From the NCBI GenBank assembly GCA_964019335.1, contig OZ025692.1, positions 1-64,000 of the forward strand: a stretch of 64,000 bases of DNA, written 5' to 3'. Within the stretch, counting starts at the first letter, position 1, and the number at the start of each line of letters is the position of its first letter. The stretch is from Diplonema japonicum. Lineage: Eukaryota; Protista; Euglenozoa: Diplonemea. The translations under genes were made by a program, and so were the position numbers. A model generated the notes under the pieces. That model made no database searches. It was not told the origin of the DNA and saw nothing but the letters and a program-made list of their open reading frames with translations. Positions 52,301 to 62,668 of the stretch are shown one piece after another.

Positions 52301-55300
52301 TCTCAGTCACAGTCGATGTTGGGAGGGTGAGTGTCGACGTTTCCGTAGCAGTAGGGAGGGTGAGGGTGAGAGTCTCTGTTCCAGTCGGAAGCGTAAACGT
52401 CACTGTCTCAGTCCCTGTTGGAAGCGTGAAAGTTTCTGTCACTGTGGCTGTTGGGAGTGTGACGGTTTCCGTTGCAGTCGCTGTAGGCAGTGTGAGTGTG
52501 AAGGTCTCTGTCCCTGTTGGGAGAGTCAGAGTGAGAGTCTCTGTCCTTGTTGGGAGGGTCAAACTGACAGTTTCAGTTCCTGTTGGAAGTGTCAGCGTAA
52601 CAGTCTCAGTAGAGGTAGGCAGTGTCAGAGTTTCAGTCGCTGTTGCAGTTGGAAGTGTGAGAGTGAGGGTCTCTGTAGCTGTCGGGAGAGTGAGCGATAT
52701 CGTCTCCGTCCCTGTCGGTAGAGTCAGAGTCACTGTCTCCGTTGCAGTGGGCAGTGTAAGCGTTTCTGTTGCAGTGGAGGTTGGAAGAGTGAGTGTCAAC
52801 GTAGCTGTAGCTGTCGGTAGAGTGAGAGTGAGTGTTTCAGTCTGAGTTGGCAACGTAAGTGTTTGTGTTTCAGTCCCTGTTGGGAGTGTGAATGTCACTG
52901 TCTCAGTTGCAGTTGGTAACGTCACTGTCTCCGTGGCTGTCGAAGTCGGGAGTGTGAGTGTGAGGGTCTCTGTGGCTGTTGGCAGTGTCAAGGTGAAGGT
53001 CTCTGTCCCAGTGGGAAGAGTGAAAGTAATAGTTTGAGTGCCAGTGGGGAGAGTGAAGGTCACTGTTGCTGTTGAGGTCGGAAGAGTCAAGGTTTCCGTC
53101 ACCGTTGCAGTGGGAAGGGTTAGTGTCAGTGTTTCCGTCGCCGTTGGCAATGTAAGTGTGAAAGTCTCCGTCCCTGTCGGTAGAGTCAGAGTCACTGTCT
53201 CCGTTGCAGTGGGCAGTGTGAGTGTTTCTGTTGCAGTGGAGGTTGGAAGAGTGAGTGTCAACGTGGCTGTAGCTGTCGGTAGGGTGAGAGTGAGTGTTTC
53301 AGTCTGAGTTGGCAACGTAAGTGTTTGTGTTTCAGTCCCTGTTGGGAGTGTGAATGTCACTGTCTCAGTTGCAGTTGGTAACGTCACTGTCTCCGTGGCT
53401 GTCGAAGTTGGGAGTGTGAGTGTGAGGGTCGCAGTAGCTGTCGGAAGCGTCAAAGTGACGGTCTCTGTCCTAGTGGGAAGAGTGAATGTAATAGTTTGAG
53501 TGCCAGTGGGGAGAGTGAAGGTCACTGTTGCTGTTGAGGTCGGAAGAGTTAAGGTTTCCGTCACCGTTGCAGTGGGAAGGGTTAGTGTCAGTGTTTCCGT
53601 CACCGTTGGCAATGTAAGTGTGAAAGTCTCCGTTCCAGTTGGAAGCGTGAAGGTCAGTGTCTCGGTGCCTGTGGGGAGCGAGACAGTCTCTGTTGCTGTG
53701 CTTGTCGGTAGTGTGAGTGTCAGAGTTTCAGTGGAGGTTGGAAGCGTGAGTGTAGACGTCTCCGTTGCCGTTGGTAACGACAAGGTAAGAGTCTCTGTCC
53801 CTGTAGGGAGAGTGAAGGTCACGGTCTCAGTTGCCGTTGGTAACGTCAACGTTTCGGTTTCCGTTGCAGTAGGAAGGGTCAGTGTCTCAGTTTCCGTTGC
53901 GGTTGGGAGAGTGAGTGTCAAGGTCTCCGTTCCGGTTGGCAGTGTCAGTGTCACTGTCTCTGTCCCTGTTGGAAGGGTAAATGTTGTTGTCTCTGTAGCA
54001 GTTGGCAGGGTCAACGTCTCAGTTGCGGTGCCTGTGGGGAGGGTGAGGGTTAACGTCTCCGTTCCTGTTGGCAACGTCAGTGTGAACGTCTCTGTTCTCG
54101 TGGGGAGGGTGAATGTCACAGTCTCTGTCGCTGTCGGGAGTGTGAGAGTCTCTGTCACAGTGCTTGTTGGCAACGTCAATGTGATTGTTGATGTGGATGT
54201 CGGGAGGGTGAGAGTGAGTGTCGCTGTACTTGTTGGCAGCGACAATGTAACTGTCTCTGTAGCAGTGGGGAGGGTGAAGGTCTCAGACTCTGTCTCTGTT
54301 GGAAGAGTCATCGTCTCTGTTGCTGTTGCTGTCGGCAGGGAAAGGGTAAGCGTTTCCGTTGAAGTCGGAAGTGATAGGGTTATTGTTTCGGTCCTAGTTG
54401 GTAGGGAGAATGTTAGTGTCTCAGTGCCGGTGTGCAAAGTAAAGGTCACTGTCTCAGTTGCAGTTGGGAGGGTTATTGTCTCAGTAGCTGTTGTTGTGGG
54501 CAGTGTGAGAGTGACGGTTTCTGTTGATGTTGGAAGCGTCAGAGTGAGTGTTTCCGTTCCCGTCGGCAGAGATAGCGTTAGTGTTTCGGTTCCTGTTGGC
54601 AACGTGAACGTTACCGTTGCGGTTGCTGTTGGGAGTGTTAACGTTGTAGTGGCCGTAGCTGTGGGAAGTGTGACTGTTTCTGTTTCTGTGCGTGTTGGGA
54701 GCGTAAAGGTAGTAGTCTCAGTTCCTGTTGGAAGGGTGAAAGTCACCGTTGCCGTAGCTGTTGGAAGCGTAAGCGTCAATGTTTCTGTGGATGTAGGAAG
54801 GGTTAGCGTCAATGTTTCTGTTGCTGTCGGAAGCGTAAGTGACAGAGTCTCAGTGGCGGTTGGAAGGGTCAGAGTCAGAGTTTGAGTGCCAGTGGGGAGA
54901 GTGAAGGTCACTGTTGCTGTTGAGGTCGGAAGAGTCAAGGTTTCCGTCACCGTTGCAGTGGGAAGGGTTAGTGTCAGTGTTTCCGTCGCTGTTGGCAATG
55001 TAAGTGTGAAAGTCTCCGTTCCAGTTCGGAGAGTGAAGGTCAGTGTCTCGGTGCCTGTGGGGAGCGAGACAGTCTCTGTTGCTGTGCTTGTCGGTAGTGT
55101 GAGTGTCAGAGTTTCAGTGGAGGTTGGAAGCGTGAGTGTAGACGTCTCCGTTGCCGTTGGTAACGACAAGGTAAGAGTCTCTGTCCCCGTAGGGAGAGTG
55201 AAGGTCACTGTCTCAGTTGCCGTTGGTAAAGTAAAAGTAATCGTCTCTGTTGCTGAGGGCAGGGTCAAGGTTAGCGATTCAGTTGTAGTTGGGAGCGTAT

Positions 55301-58300
55301 AGGTCAAAGTCTCGGTTGCAGTCGGTAGCGTAAAGGTTGCTGTCTCTGTCCCTGTTGGCAACGAAAAGGTAATGGTTTCCGTAACAGTGGGCAATGTGAG
55401 TGATTCCGTTGCAGTGGCTGTCGGCAGTGTAATCGTGAGGGTGTCAGTAGAAGTCGGTAGTGAGATTGTCAATGTTTCTGTGCGGGTCGGCAATGTAAAG
55501 GTTACACTTTCAGTTCCTGTTGGAAGCGTGAAGGTGTTTGATTCAGTGCTTGTCGGTAGTGTCAGTGTCTCAGTCGCTGTTGCAGTTGGCAGCGACAAGG
55601 TAAGTGTCTCTGTCCCTGTTGGCAAAGTCAGCGTGAAAGTCTCCGTCCCTGTCGGTAGAGTCAGAGTCACTGTCTCCGTTGCAGTGGGCAGTGTAAGTGT
55701 TTCTGTTGCAGTGGAGGTTGGAAGAGTGAGTGTCAACGTAGCTGTAGCTGTCGGTAGAGTGAGAGTGAGTGTTTCAGTCTGAGTTGGCAACGTAAGTGTT
55801 TGTGTTTCAGTCCCTGTTGGGAGTGTGAATGTCACTGTCTCAGTTGCAGTTGGTAACGTCACTGTCTCCGTGGCTGTCGAAGTCGGGAGTGTGAGTGTGA
55901 GGGTCGCAGTAGCTGTCGGAAGCGTCAAAGTGACGGTCTCTGTCCTAGTGGGAAGAGTGAATGTAATGGTTTGAGTGCCAGTGGGGAGAGTGAAAGTCAC
56001 TGTTTGTGTTGCAGTCGGGAGTGTGATTGTCTCAGTTGCGGTGCCAGTCGGCAGTGTAAAGGTGAGCGTCCCTGTTCTTGTCGGAAGAGTAAAGGTTATT
56101 GTTTCCGTGCTTGTAGGAAGAGTGACCGTTACAGTTTCTGTCGCTGTTGGAAGCGTCAACGTAGCTGTTGAAGTTGCTGTTGGGAGTGTTAAAGTGAGTG
56201 TTGCAGTCGATGTTGGGAGCGTTGATGTAACAGTCTCCGTTCCTGTCGGGAGTGTTAATGTCATTGTCTCTGTTCCAGTGGGGAGGGTGAGGGTCTCAGT
56301 TGCGGTAGTTGTGGGAAGTGTGAGGGTGAGGGTCTCTGTTCCCGTTGGAAGTGTTTGCGTTATGGTCTCCGTCCCTGTCGGCAGGGTGAAGGTCACTGTC
56401 TCTGTCTCTGTTGGGAGTGTCACTGTCTCTGTTGCTGTGACGGTTGGTAGGGTCAATGTCAGAGTCTCTGTTGCTGTGCTTGTTGGAAGCGTGAAGGTCA
56501 CTGTCTCGGTCGCGGTGGCCGTTGGAAGCGTGACCGTCAGGGTTGCCGTCCCCGTCGGGAGTGTAAGTGTTTGAGTCACTGTTGAAGTCGGCAGTGATAG
56601 TGTGAGAGACTCCGTCCCCGTTGGCAACGTCAATGTAAATGTTTCTGTGCCGGTTGGTAAAGAGAAGGTAACTGTCTCAGTCGCAGTCGGGAGTGTTAGA
56701 GTTTCAGTTAAGGTGCTTGTAGGCAAAGATAACGTGAGTGTTGCGGTGGTAGTAGGCAGTGTCAGCGTGAGAGTTTCTGTACTAGTAGGCAGCGTAAGTG
56801 TCACTGTGTCAGTTGCAGTCGCAAGTGTCAACGTCTGTGTCATTGTTGCAGTTGGAAGCGTCAAAGTTTCTGTTGCAGTAACGGTCGGTAGCGTGAGGGT
56901 AAATGTTTCTGTACCTGTCGGAAGCGTGAACGTTATTGTTTCGGTTGCAGTGGGAAGAGTGAAGGTGGATGTTTCAGTTACAGTAGGAAGGGTCAATGTC
57001 TCAGTCGCAGTGGACGTGGGAAGCGTTAATGTCACTGTTTCTGTTGATGTTGGCAACGATATTGTTAGAGTCTCGGTCTTTGTCGGAAGGGTGATTGTTT
57101 CAGTTGCCGTGCCCGTTGGAAGGGTGAAAGTCACTGTTTCAGTGATCGTCGGTAGAGTGACAGTGATTGTCGACGTCGTAGTTGGGAGTGTTAACGTTAG
57201 ACTTTCAGTTTGCGTAGGGAGAGTTAGGGTCAGAGTAGCCGTTCCTGTCGGCAACGTAAGTGTTTGTGTTTCAGTCCCTGTTGGGAGTGTGAATGTCACT
57301 GTCTCAGTTGCAGTTGGTAACGTCACTGTCTCCGTGGCTGTCGAAGTCGGGAGTGTGAGTGTGAGGGTCTCTGTGGCTGTTGGCAGTGTCAAGGTGAAGG
57401 TCTCTGTCCCAGTGGGAAGAGTGAATGTAATAGTTTGAGTGCCAGTGGGGAGAGTGAAGGTCACTGTTGCTGTTGAGGTCGGAAGAGTTAAGGTTTCCGT
57501 CACCGTTGCAGTGGGAAGGGTTAGTGTCAGTGTTTCCGTCACCGTTGGCAATGTAAGTGTGAAAGTCTCCGTTCCAGTTGGAAGCGTGAAGGTCAGTGTC
57601 TCGGTGCCTGTGGGGAGCGAGACAGTCTCTGTTGCTGTGCTTGTCGGTAGTGTGAGTGTCAGAGTTTCAGTGGAGGTTGGAAGCGTGAGTGTAGACGTCT
57701 CCGTTGCCGTTGGTAACGACAAGGTAAGAGTCTCTGTCCCTGTAGGGAGAGTGAAGGTCACGGTCTCAGTTGCCGTTGGTAACGTCAACGTTTCGGTTTC
57801 CGTTGCAGTAGGAAGGGTCAGTGTCTCAGTTTCCGTTGCGGTTGGGAGAGTGAGTGTCAAGGTCTCCGTTCCGGTTGGCAGTGTCAGTGTCACTGTCTCT
57901 GTCCCTGTTGGAAGGGTAAATGTTGTTGTCTCTGTAGCAGTTGGCAGGGTCAACGTCTCAGTTGCGGTGCCTGTGGGGAGGGTGAGGGTTAACGTCTCCG
58001 TTCCTGTTGGCAACGTCAGTGTGAACGTCTCTGTTCTCGTGGGGAGGGTGAATGTCACAGTCTCTGTCGCTGTCGGGAGTGTGAGAGTCTCTGTCACAGT
58101 GCTTGTTGGCAACGTCAATGTGATCGTTGATGTGGATGTCGGGAGGGTGAGAGTGAGTGTCTCCGTTCCCGTCGGGAGTGTTAATGTCATTGTCTCTGTT
58201 TCAGTGGGGAGGGTGAGGGTCTCAGTTGCGGTAGTTGTGGGAAGTGTGAGGGTGAGGGTCTCTGTTCCCGTTGGAAGTGTTTGCGTTATGGTCTCCGTCC

Positions 58301-61300
58301 CTGTCGGCAGGGTGAAGGTCACTGTCTCTGTCTCTGTTGGGAGTGTCACTGTCTCTGTTGCTGTGACGGTTGGTAGGGTCAATGTCAGAGTCTCTGTTGC
58401 TGTGCTTGTTGGAAGCGTGAAGGTCACTGTCTCGGTCGCGGTGGCCGTTGGAAGCGTGACCGTCAGGGTTGCCGTCCCCGTCGGGAGTGTAAGTGTTTGA
58501 GTCACTGTTGAAGTCAGCAGTGATAGTGTGAGAGACTCCGTCCCCGTTTGCAACGTCAATGTAAATGTTTCTGTGCCGGTTGGTAAAGAGAAGGTAACTG
58601 TCTCAGTCGCAGTCGGGAGTGTAATTGTGAACGTCGCTGTCCCTGTTGGGAGCGTAAGCGTCAAGGTTTCTGTTGCAGTGGGCAATGTCAGTGTCAGAGT
58701 CTCAGTGCTTGTAGGGAGTGTCAGTGTGAAAGTTTCTGTTGCAGTTGGAAGTGTCAACGTGAAGGTCGTTGTCGCTGTCGGAAGTGTCAACGTGATCGTC
58801 TCAGTCCCTGTAGGGAGGGTCAGCGTCACTGTCTCCGTAGCAGTGGGCAATGTCAGTGTCTCCGTCGTAGTCGCTGTTGGGAGGGTCATAGTGAAAGTTG
58901 CTGTCCTTGTTGGCAGTGTGAGTGTGAAGGTCTCTGTCCCTGTTGGGAGAGTCAGAGTGAGAGTCTCTGTCCTTGTTGGGAGGGTCAAACTGACAGTTTC
59001 AGTTCCTGTTGGAAGTGTCAGCGTAACAGTCTCAGTAGAGGTAGGCAGTGTCAGAGTTTCAGTCGCTGTTGCAGTTGGAAGTGTGAGAGTGAGGGTCTCT
59101 GTAGCTGTCGGGAGAGTGAGCGATATCGTCTCTGTGCCAGTCGGTAGAGTCAGAGTCACTGTCTCCGTTGCAGTGGGCAGTGTAAGCGTTTCTGTTGCAG
59201 TGGAGGTTGGAAGAGTGAGTGTCAACGTAGCTGTAGCTGTCGGTAGAGTGAGAGTGAGTGTTTCAGTCTGAGTTGGCAACGTAAGTGTTTGTGTTTCAGT
59301 CCCTGTTGGGAGTGTGAATGTCACTGTCTCAGTTGCAGTTGGTAACGTCACTGTCTCCGTGGCTGTCGAAGTCGGGAGTGTGAGTGTGAGGGTCTCTGTG
59401 GCTGTTGGCAGTGTCAAGGTGAAGGTCTCTGTCCCAGTAAGCAATGTGAATGTAGTAGTTTCCGTTACAGTCGGCAACGTCAGCGTCTCAGTGACGGTAG
59501 CAGAAGGGAGAGTAAGGGTAAAGGTGTCTGTTATTGTCGGGAGTGTCAGTGTCTGTGTCTCGGTATTTGTTGGCAACGTTTCAGTTACAGTCTCTGTGTA
59601 GCTTGGTAGTGTGAGTGTCAAGGTGTCAGTTTTCGATGGTACCGTGAGAGACACAGTTTGGGTAGTTGTAGGCAGCGTTACAGTCTCACTCATAGTACTG
59701 GTGGGCATGGTGAGTGTCCACGATGACGTCTCAGTGGGCAGAGAGAGAGACATGGTAACTGTCGCCGAGGGCAACGTCAGCGTTTCTGTGACAGTTCCAG
59801 TTGCAAGGGTGACAGTGCTTGTTAATGTCGTAGTGGGCAAGGTCACAGTTGAAGTCTCAGTCAGCGTCGGTAGCGAAAGAGTTTTCGTCTCTGTTGAGGT
59901 GGGTAGCGACAGCGACACAGTTTCAGTCGCGCTTGGAAGTGAAAGGGTCAGTGTCACGGTGCCTGTAGGCAGCGTTATAGTCGCTGTTGCAGTAGCAGAA
60001 GGAAGCGACACAGTAGCCGACACAGTTGCTGTAGGCAGTGTGTATGTCGCAGTTTCAGTGGCCGTGGGAAACGTAACAGAAAATGTAGATGTCCCCGTGG
60101 GCAATGTCATGGTTACTGTCTCGGTGGCAGTGGGAAGTGTCAAGGATGCACTTTCCGTCCCCGTGGGGAGCGAGAGAGTTTGTGTCATTGTAGCTGTGGG
60201 CAATGTCAGTGACATTGTCTCTGTTGCAGTGGGAAGGGTGAATGTTGAGGTTTCTGTAGAAGTAGGCAATGTCATAGACTCTGTGGTTGTTGCTGTGGGA
60301 AGCGTCAGCGTGAAAGTCTCTGTTGCGGTTGGAAGGGTGAGGGTAACAGTTTCTGTTGCAGTGGGCAATGTTAGCGTCAGGGTCTCGGTGCTTGTGGGGA
60401 GAGTCAGTGTGAAGGTCTCTGTCCCCGTTGGAAGAGTCGAAGTGAAAGTTTCTGTCGCTGTTGGGAGGGAGAGGGTTACCGTATCTGTCGCAGTCGGGAG
60501 AGTCAGTGTAACGGTCTCTGTTGCCGTCGGCAAGGTCAGCGTGTGTGTCTCTGTCCCCGTTGGCAGTGTCAAGGTGAATGTCTCTGTCGCTGTAGGAAAT
60601 GTCAACGTAATCGTTTCAGTCCTTGTTGGGAGGGAGAGCGTAACGGTCTCCGTAGCAGTGGGAAGAGTCAGGGTTTCAGTCGCGGTGGATGTGGGAAGGG
60701 TCACTGTGAAGGTCTCTGTCCCTGTTCGGAGTGTGAGGGTGAAGGTTTCTGTAACCGTTGGAAGAGATATCGTAAACGTCTCTGTCCTTGTTGGAAGAGT
60801 GATTGTTTCTGTCTCTGTGGCAGTGGGGAATGAGATCGTCATCGTGAAAGACTCCGTCCTCGTCGGAATAGTGATTGTTTCTGTCCCAGTTGCAGTGGAG
60901 GTTGGAAGAGTGAGTGTCAACGTAGCTGTAGCTGTCGGTAGGGTGAGAGTGAGTGTTTCAGTCTGAGTTGGCAACGTAAGTGTTTGTGTTTCAGTCCCTG
61001 TTGGGAGTGTGAATGTCACTGTCTCAGTTGCAGTTGGTAACGTCACTGTCTCCGTGGCTGTCGAAGTCGGGAGTGTGAGTGTGAGGGTCTCTGTGGCTGT
61101 TGGCAGTGTCAAGGTGAAGGTCTCTGTCCCAGTGGGAAGAGTGAATGTAATAGTTTGAGTGCCAGTGGGGAGAGTGAAGGTCACTGTTGCTGTTGAGGTC
61201 GGAAGAGTTAAGGTTTCCGTCACCGTTGCAGTGGGAAGGGTTAGTGTCAGTGTTTCCGTCACCGTTGGCAATGTAAGTGTGAAAGTCTCCGTTCCAGTTG

Positions 61301-62318
61301 GAAGCGTGAAGGTCAGTGTCTCGGTGCCTGTGGGGAGCGAGACAGTCTCTGTTGCTGTGCTTGTCGGTAGTGTGAGTGTCAGAGTTTCAGTGGAGGTTGG
61401 AAGCGTGAGTGTAGACGTCTCCGTTGCCGTTGGTAACGACAAGGTAAGAGTCTCTGTCCCTGTAGGGAGAGTGAAGGTCACGGTCTCAGTTGCCGTTGGT
61501 AACGTCAACGTTTCGGTTTCCGTTGCAGTAGGAAGGGTCAGTGTCTCAGTTTCCGTTGCGGTTGGGAGAGTGAGTGTCAAGGTCTCCGTTCCGGTTGGCA
61601 GTGTCAGTGTCACTGTCTCTGTCCCTGTTGGAAGGGTAAATGTTGTTGTCTCTGTAGCAGTTGGCAGGGTCAACGTCTCAGTTGCGGTGCCTGTGGGGAG
61701 GGTGAGGGTTAACGTCTCCGTTCCTGTTGGCAACGTCAGTGTGAACGTCTCTGTTCTCGTGGGGAGGGTGAATGTCACAGTCTCTGTCGCTGTCGGGAGT
61801 GTGAGAGTCTCTGTCACAGTGCTTGTTGGCAACGTCAATGTGATCGTTGATGTGGATGTCGGGAGGGTGAGAGTGAGTGTCGCTGTACTTGTTGGCAGCG
61901 ACAATGTAACTGTCTCTGTCCTCGTGGGGAGGGTGAAGGTCTCAGACTCTGTTTCTGTTGGAAGAGTCATCGTCTCTGTTGCTGTTGCTGTCGGCAGGGA
62001 AAGGGTAAGCGTTTCCGTTAATGTCGGAAGTGTAAGTGTCTCTGTCGCGGTGCCTGATGGGAGCGACAGCGAAACCGTCTCGGTCCTCGTGAGCAACGAG
62101 ATGGTGAGAGATTCTGTTGATGTCGGCAGCGTGGCGCTAACCGTGGAAGAGAAGGTGGGCAGAGTAGCAGTGACTGTCTCAGTCACAGTTGCCAAAGATA
62201 GCGTGAAAGAACCAGTCCCTGTAGGCAACGTGTAGGTGGAAGTCTTAGATGTCTGGGCATAGAGCGTGGGGCATGGTACCACCAGCACCAAAAGGAGCAC
62301 TGCATATCGCACAATCAT
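10308..62318 (-). CDS. Giant polycystin-1/REJ-GPS adhesion-receptor-like 5-TM surface protein, predicted 17,312 aa; exons 62318-10764, 10728-10618, 10580-10308
   Basis: ATG at 62318 with a hydrophobic signal peptide (MIVRYAVLLLVLVVPCPTLYA) and 17,185 stop-free codons containing REJ- and GPS-like motifs. Two GT-AG introns restore the beta-helix continuation and two more TM helices, ending at TAG 10308. Confidence 0.9.
10581..10617 (-). other. 37-nt spliceosomal intron (phase 0)
   Basis: GTATGATATAAAAACTACTGCACAGCAACACTCACAG; removal joins PLYD in frame to IAQHNH..., which encodes two TM helices. Confidence 0.82.
10729..10763 (-). other. 35-nt spliceosomal intron (phase 0)
   Basis: GTATGTGACCATTCGTTAGACCACCTTTTCACTAG; removal joins IKNIR to LRGLVGIRLLNSASPKINGVTFEGC, a natural beta-helix continuation. 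Confidence 0.87.
13422..13541 (-). other. GPS autoproteolysis motif (GAIN domain end)
   Basis: CVYWDEHKKQWSQKGV..VCETQHTSFF, located just before TM1 (IPLVAYFALLVVVTLAPAL). Confidence 0.88.
14500..16600 (-). other. REJ (receptor for egg jelly)/PKD-like module
   Basis: CDGVVLDALSS..YSWS, FAWSC..LTAGEIYVFRV, LVAFISGGDR..IDATSSVDP..SYVWSVC, NKPPAAGSFSI..GWSDPE..LSYSLGY. Confidence 0.82.
16630..20756 (-). other. Array of ~10 DUF11/CARDB-like Ig domains
   Basis: ADLAISVQG..FTVTVEAIG..A, VIENIGDYSAGGVVVT..DTNTSDNSDS, FTVDVVNHGPS, FKNRGTVLA motifs. Confidence 0.65.
20760..29000 (-). other. ~28 tandem ~95-aa two-Cys beta-sandwich-like modules
   Basis: Recurring G.GL...D......C ... G.Y..CY....W pattern (e.g. 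GEYRLCYR, GTYTLCYK, GTYKICYA, GTYQLCYK). Confidence 0.75.
29238..30422 (-). other. Cluster of 10 EF-hand-like Ca2+-binding loops
   Basis: DFDGSGYVELWE, DKDKSSQLDLKE, DKDGNGLVDLWE, DIDGNGELESEE, DHFGDGRISLTD, DYDGSGAVEFSE, DSDPKDGTLHFNE, DLDGNGIVSIGE, DADHDGQLVVKE, DSNKDELLSFSE. Confidence 0.88.
31095..51270 (-). other. ~25 tandem two-part (A/B) Cys-containing beta-rich modules of the giant protein
   Basis: Recurring G-x-GL/F..HRVS..C..CLSEY..G.DF (module A) alternates with PYG...G.GL..GMQIKF..C..L.VC..V.P.P..F.DTG (module B). I counted 25 MQIKF-like motifs. An Ig/IPT-like fold is inferred. Confidence 0.8.
51290..62245 (-). repeat. Coding 33-bp/11-aa Thr-rich tandem repeat (consensus TETLTLTLPT[A/G/S]), ~330 units, ~3,650 aa
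   Basis: Read directly from the translation; one Pro per unit, with Thr alternating with hydrophobic residues. Confidence 0.96.
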
Positions 62319-62668
62319 TGCATTGGTACCTGTTGTGGCTTGGAGCTGCTGCTGAGGGCTAACTAAATACTCGGAAAGAACGAATGGAGCTTATGCCCAA
62401 TGGTTTCTTTGGAAATGTGAGGCGGAAAATCCTGGTCTGCCAACGCAGATCAGTGGGGGGGAGTATGCATAGCGGGGTAAAGAACAACAAGTGGCGTGTG
62501 CCGGACTACACTACTTATACAAACAGATAGCCGCGGTCTCATAGGACCGTGGAGTAGGGGTGGACACAAGGACTACTGGGTACGTTAAACGGGTGGGGTG
62601 CAATCAAACAGGATCTGCTGATTAGCGGTTGTCAAGCCACTGCCAAGGTCATCTCATTAAAGAGTCGC

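Noticed and set aside
51520-62235. Long Val/Ser-rich plus-strand ORFs (VSVAVG...)
   Set aside because: Antisense of Thr/Leu/Pro codons, which rarely yields stops.
51290-62245. CRISPR array
   Set aside because: In-frame 33-bp coding repeats with no unique spacers and no cas genes; eukaryotic context.
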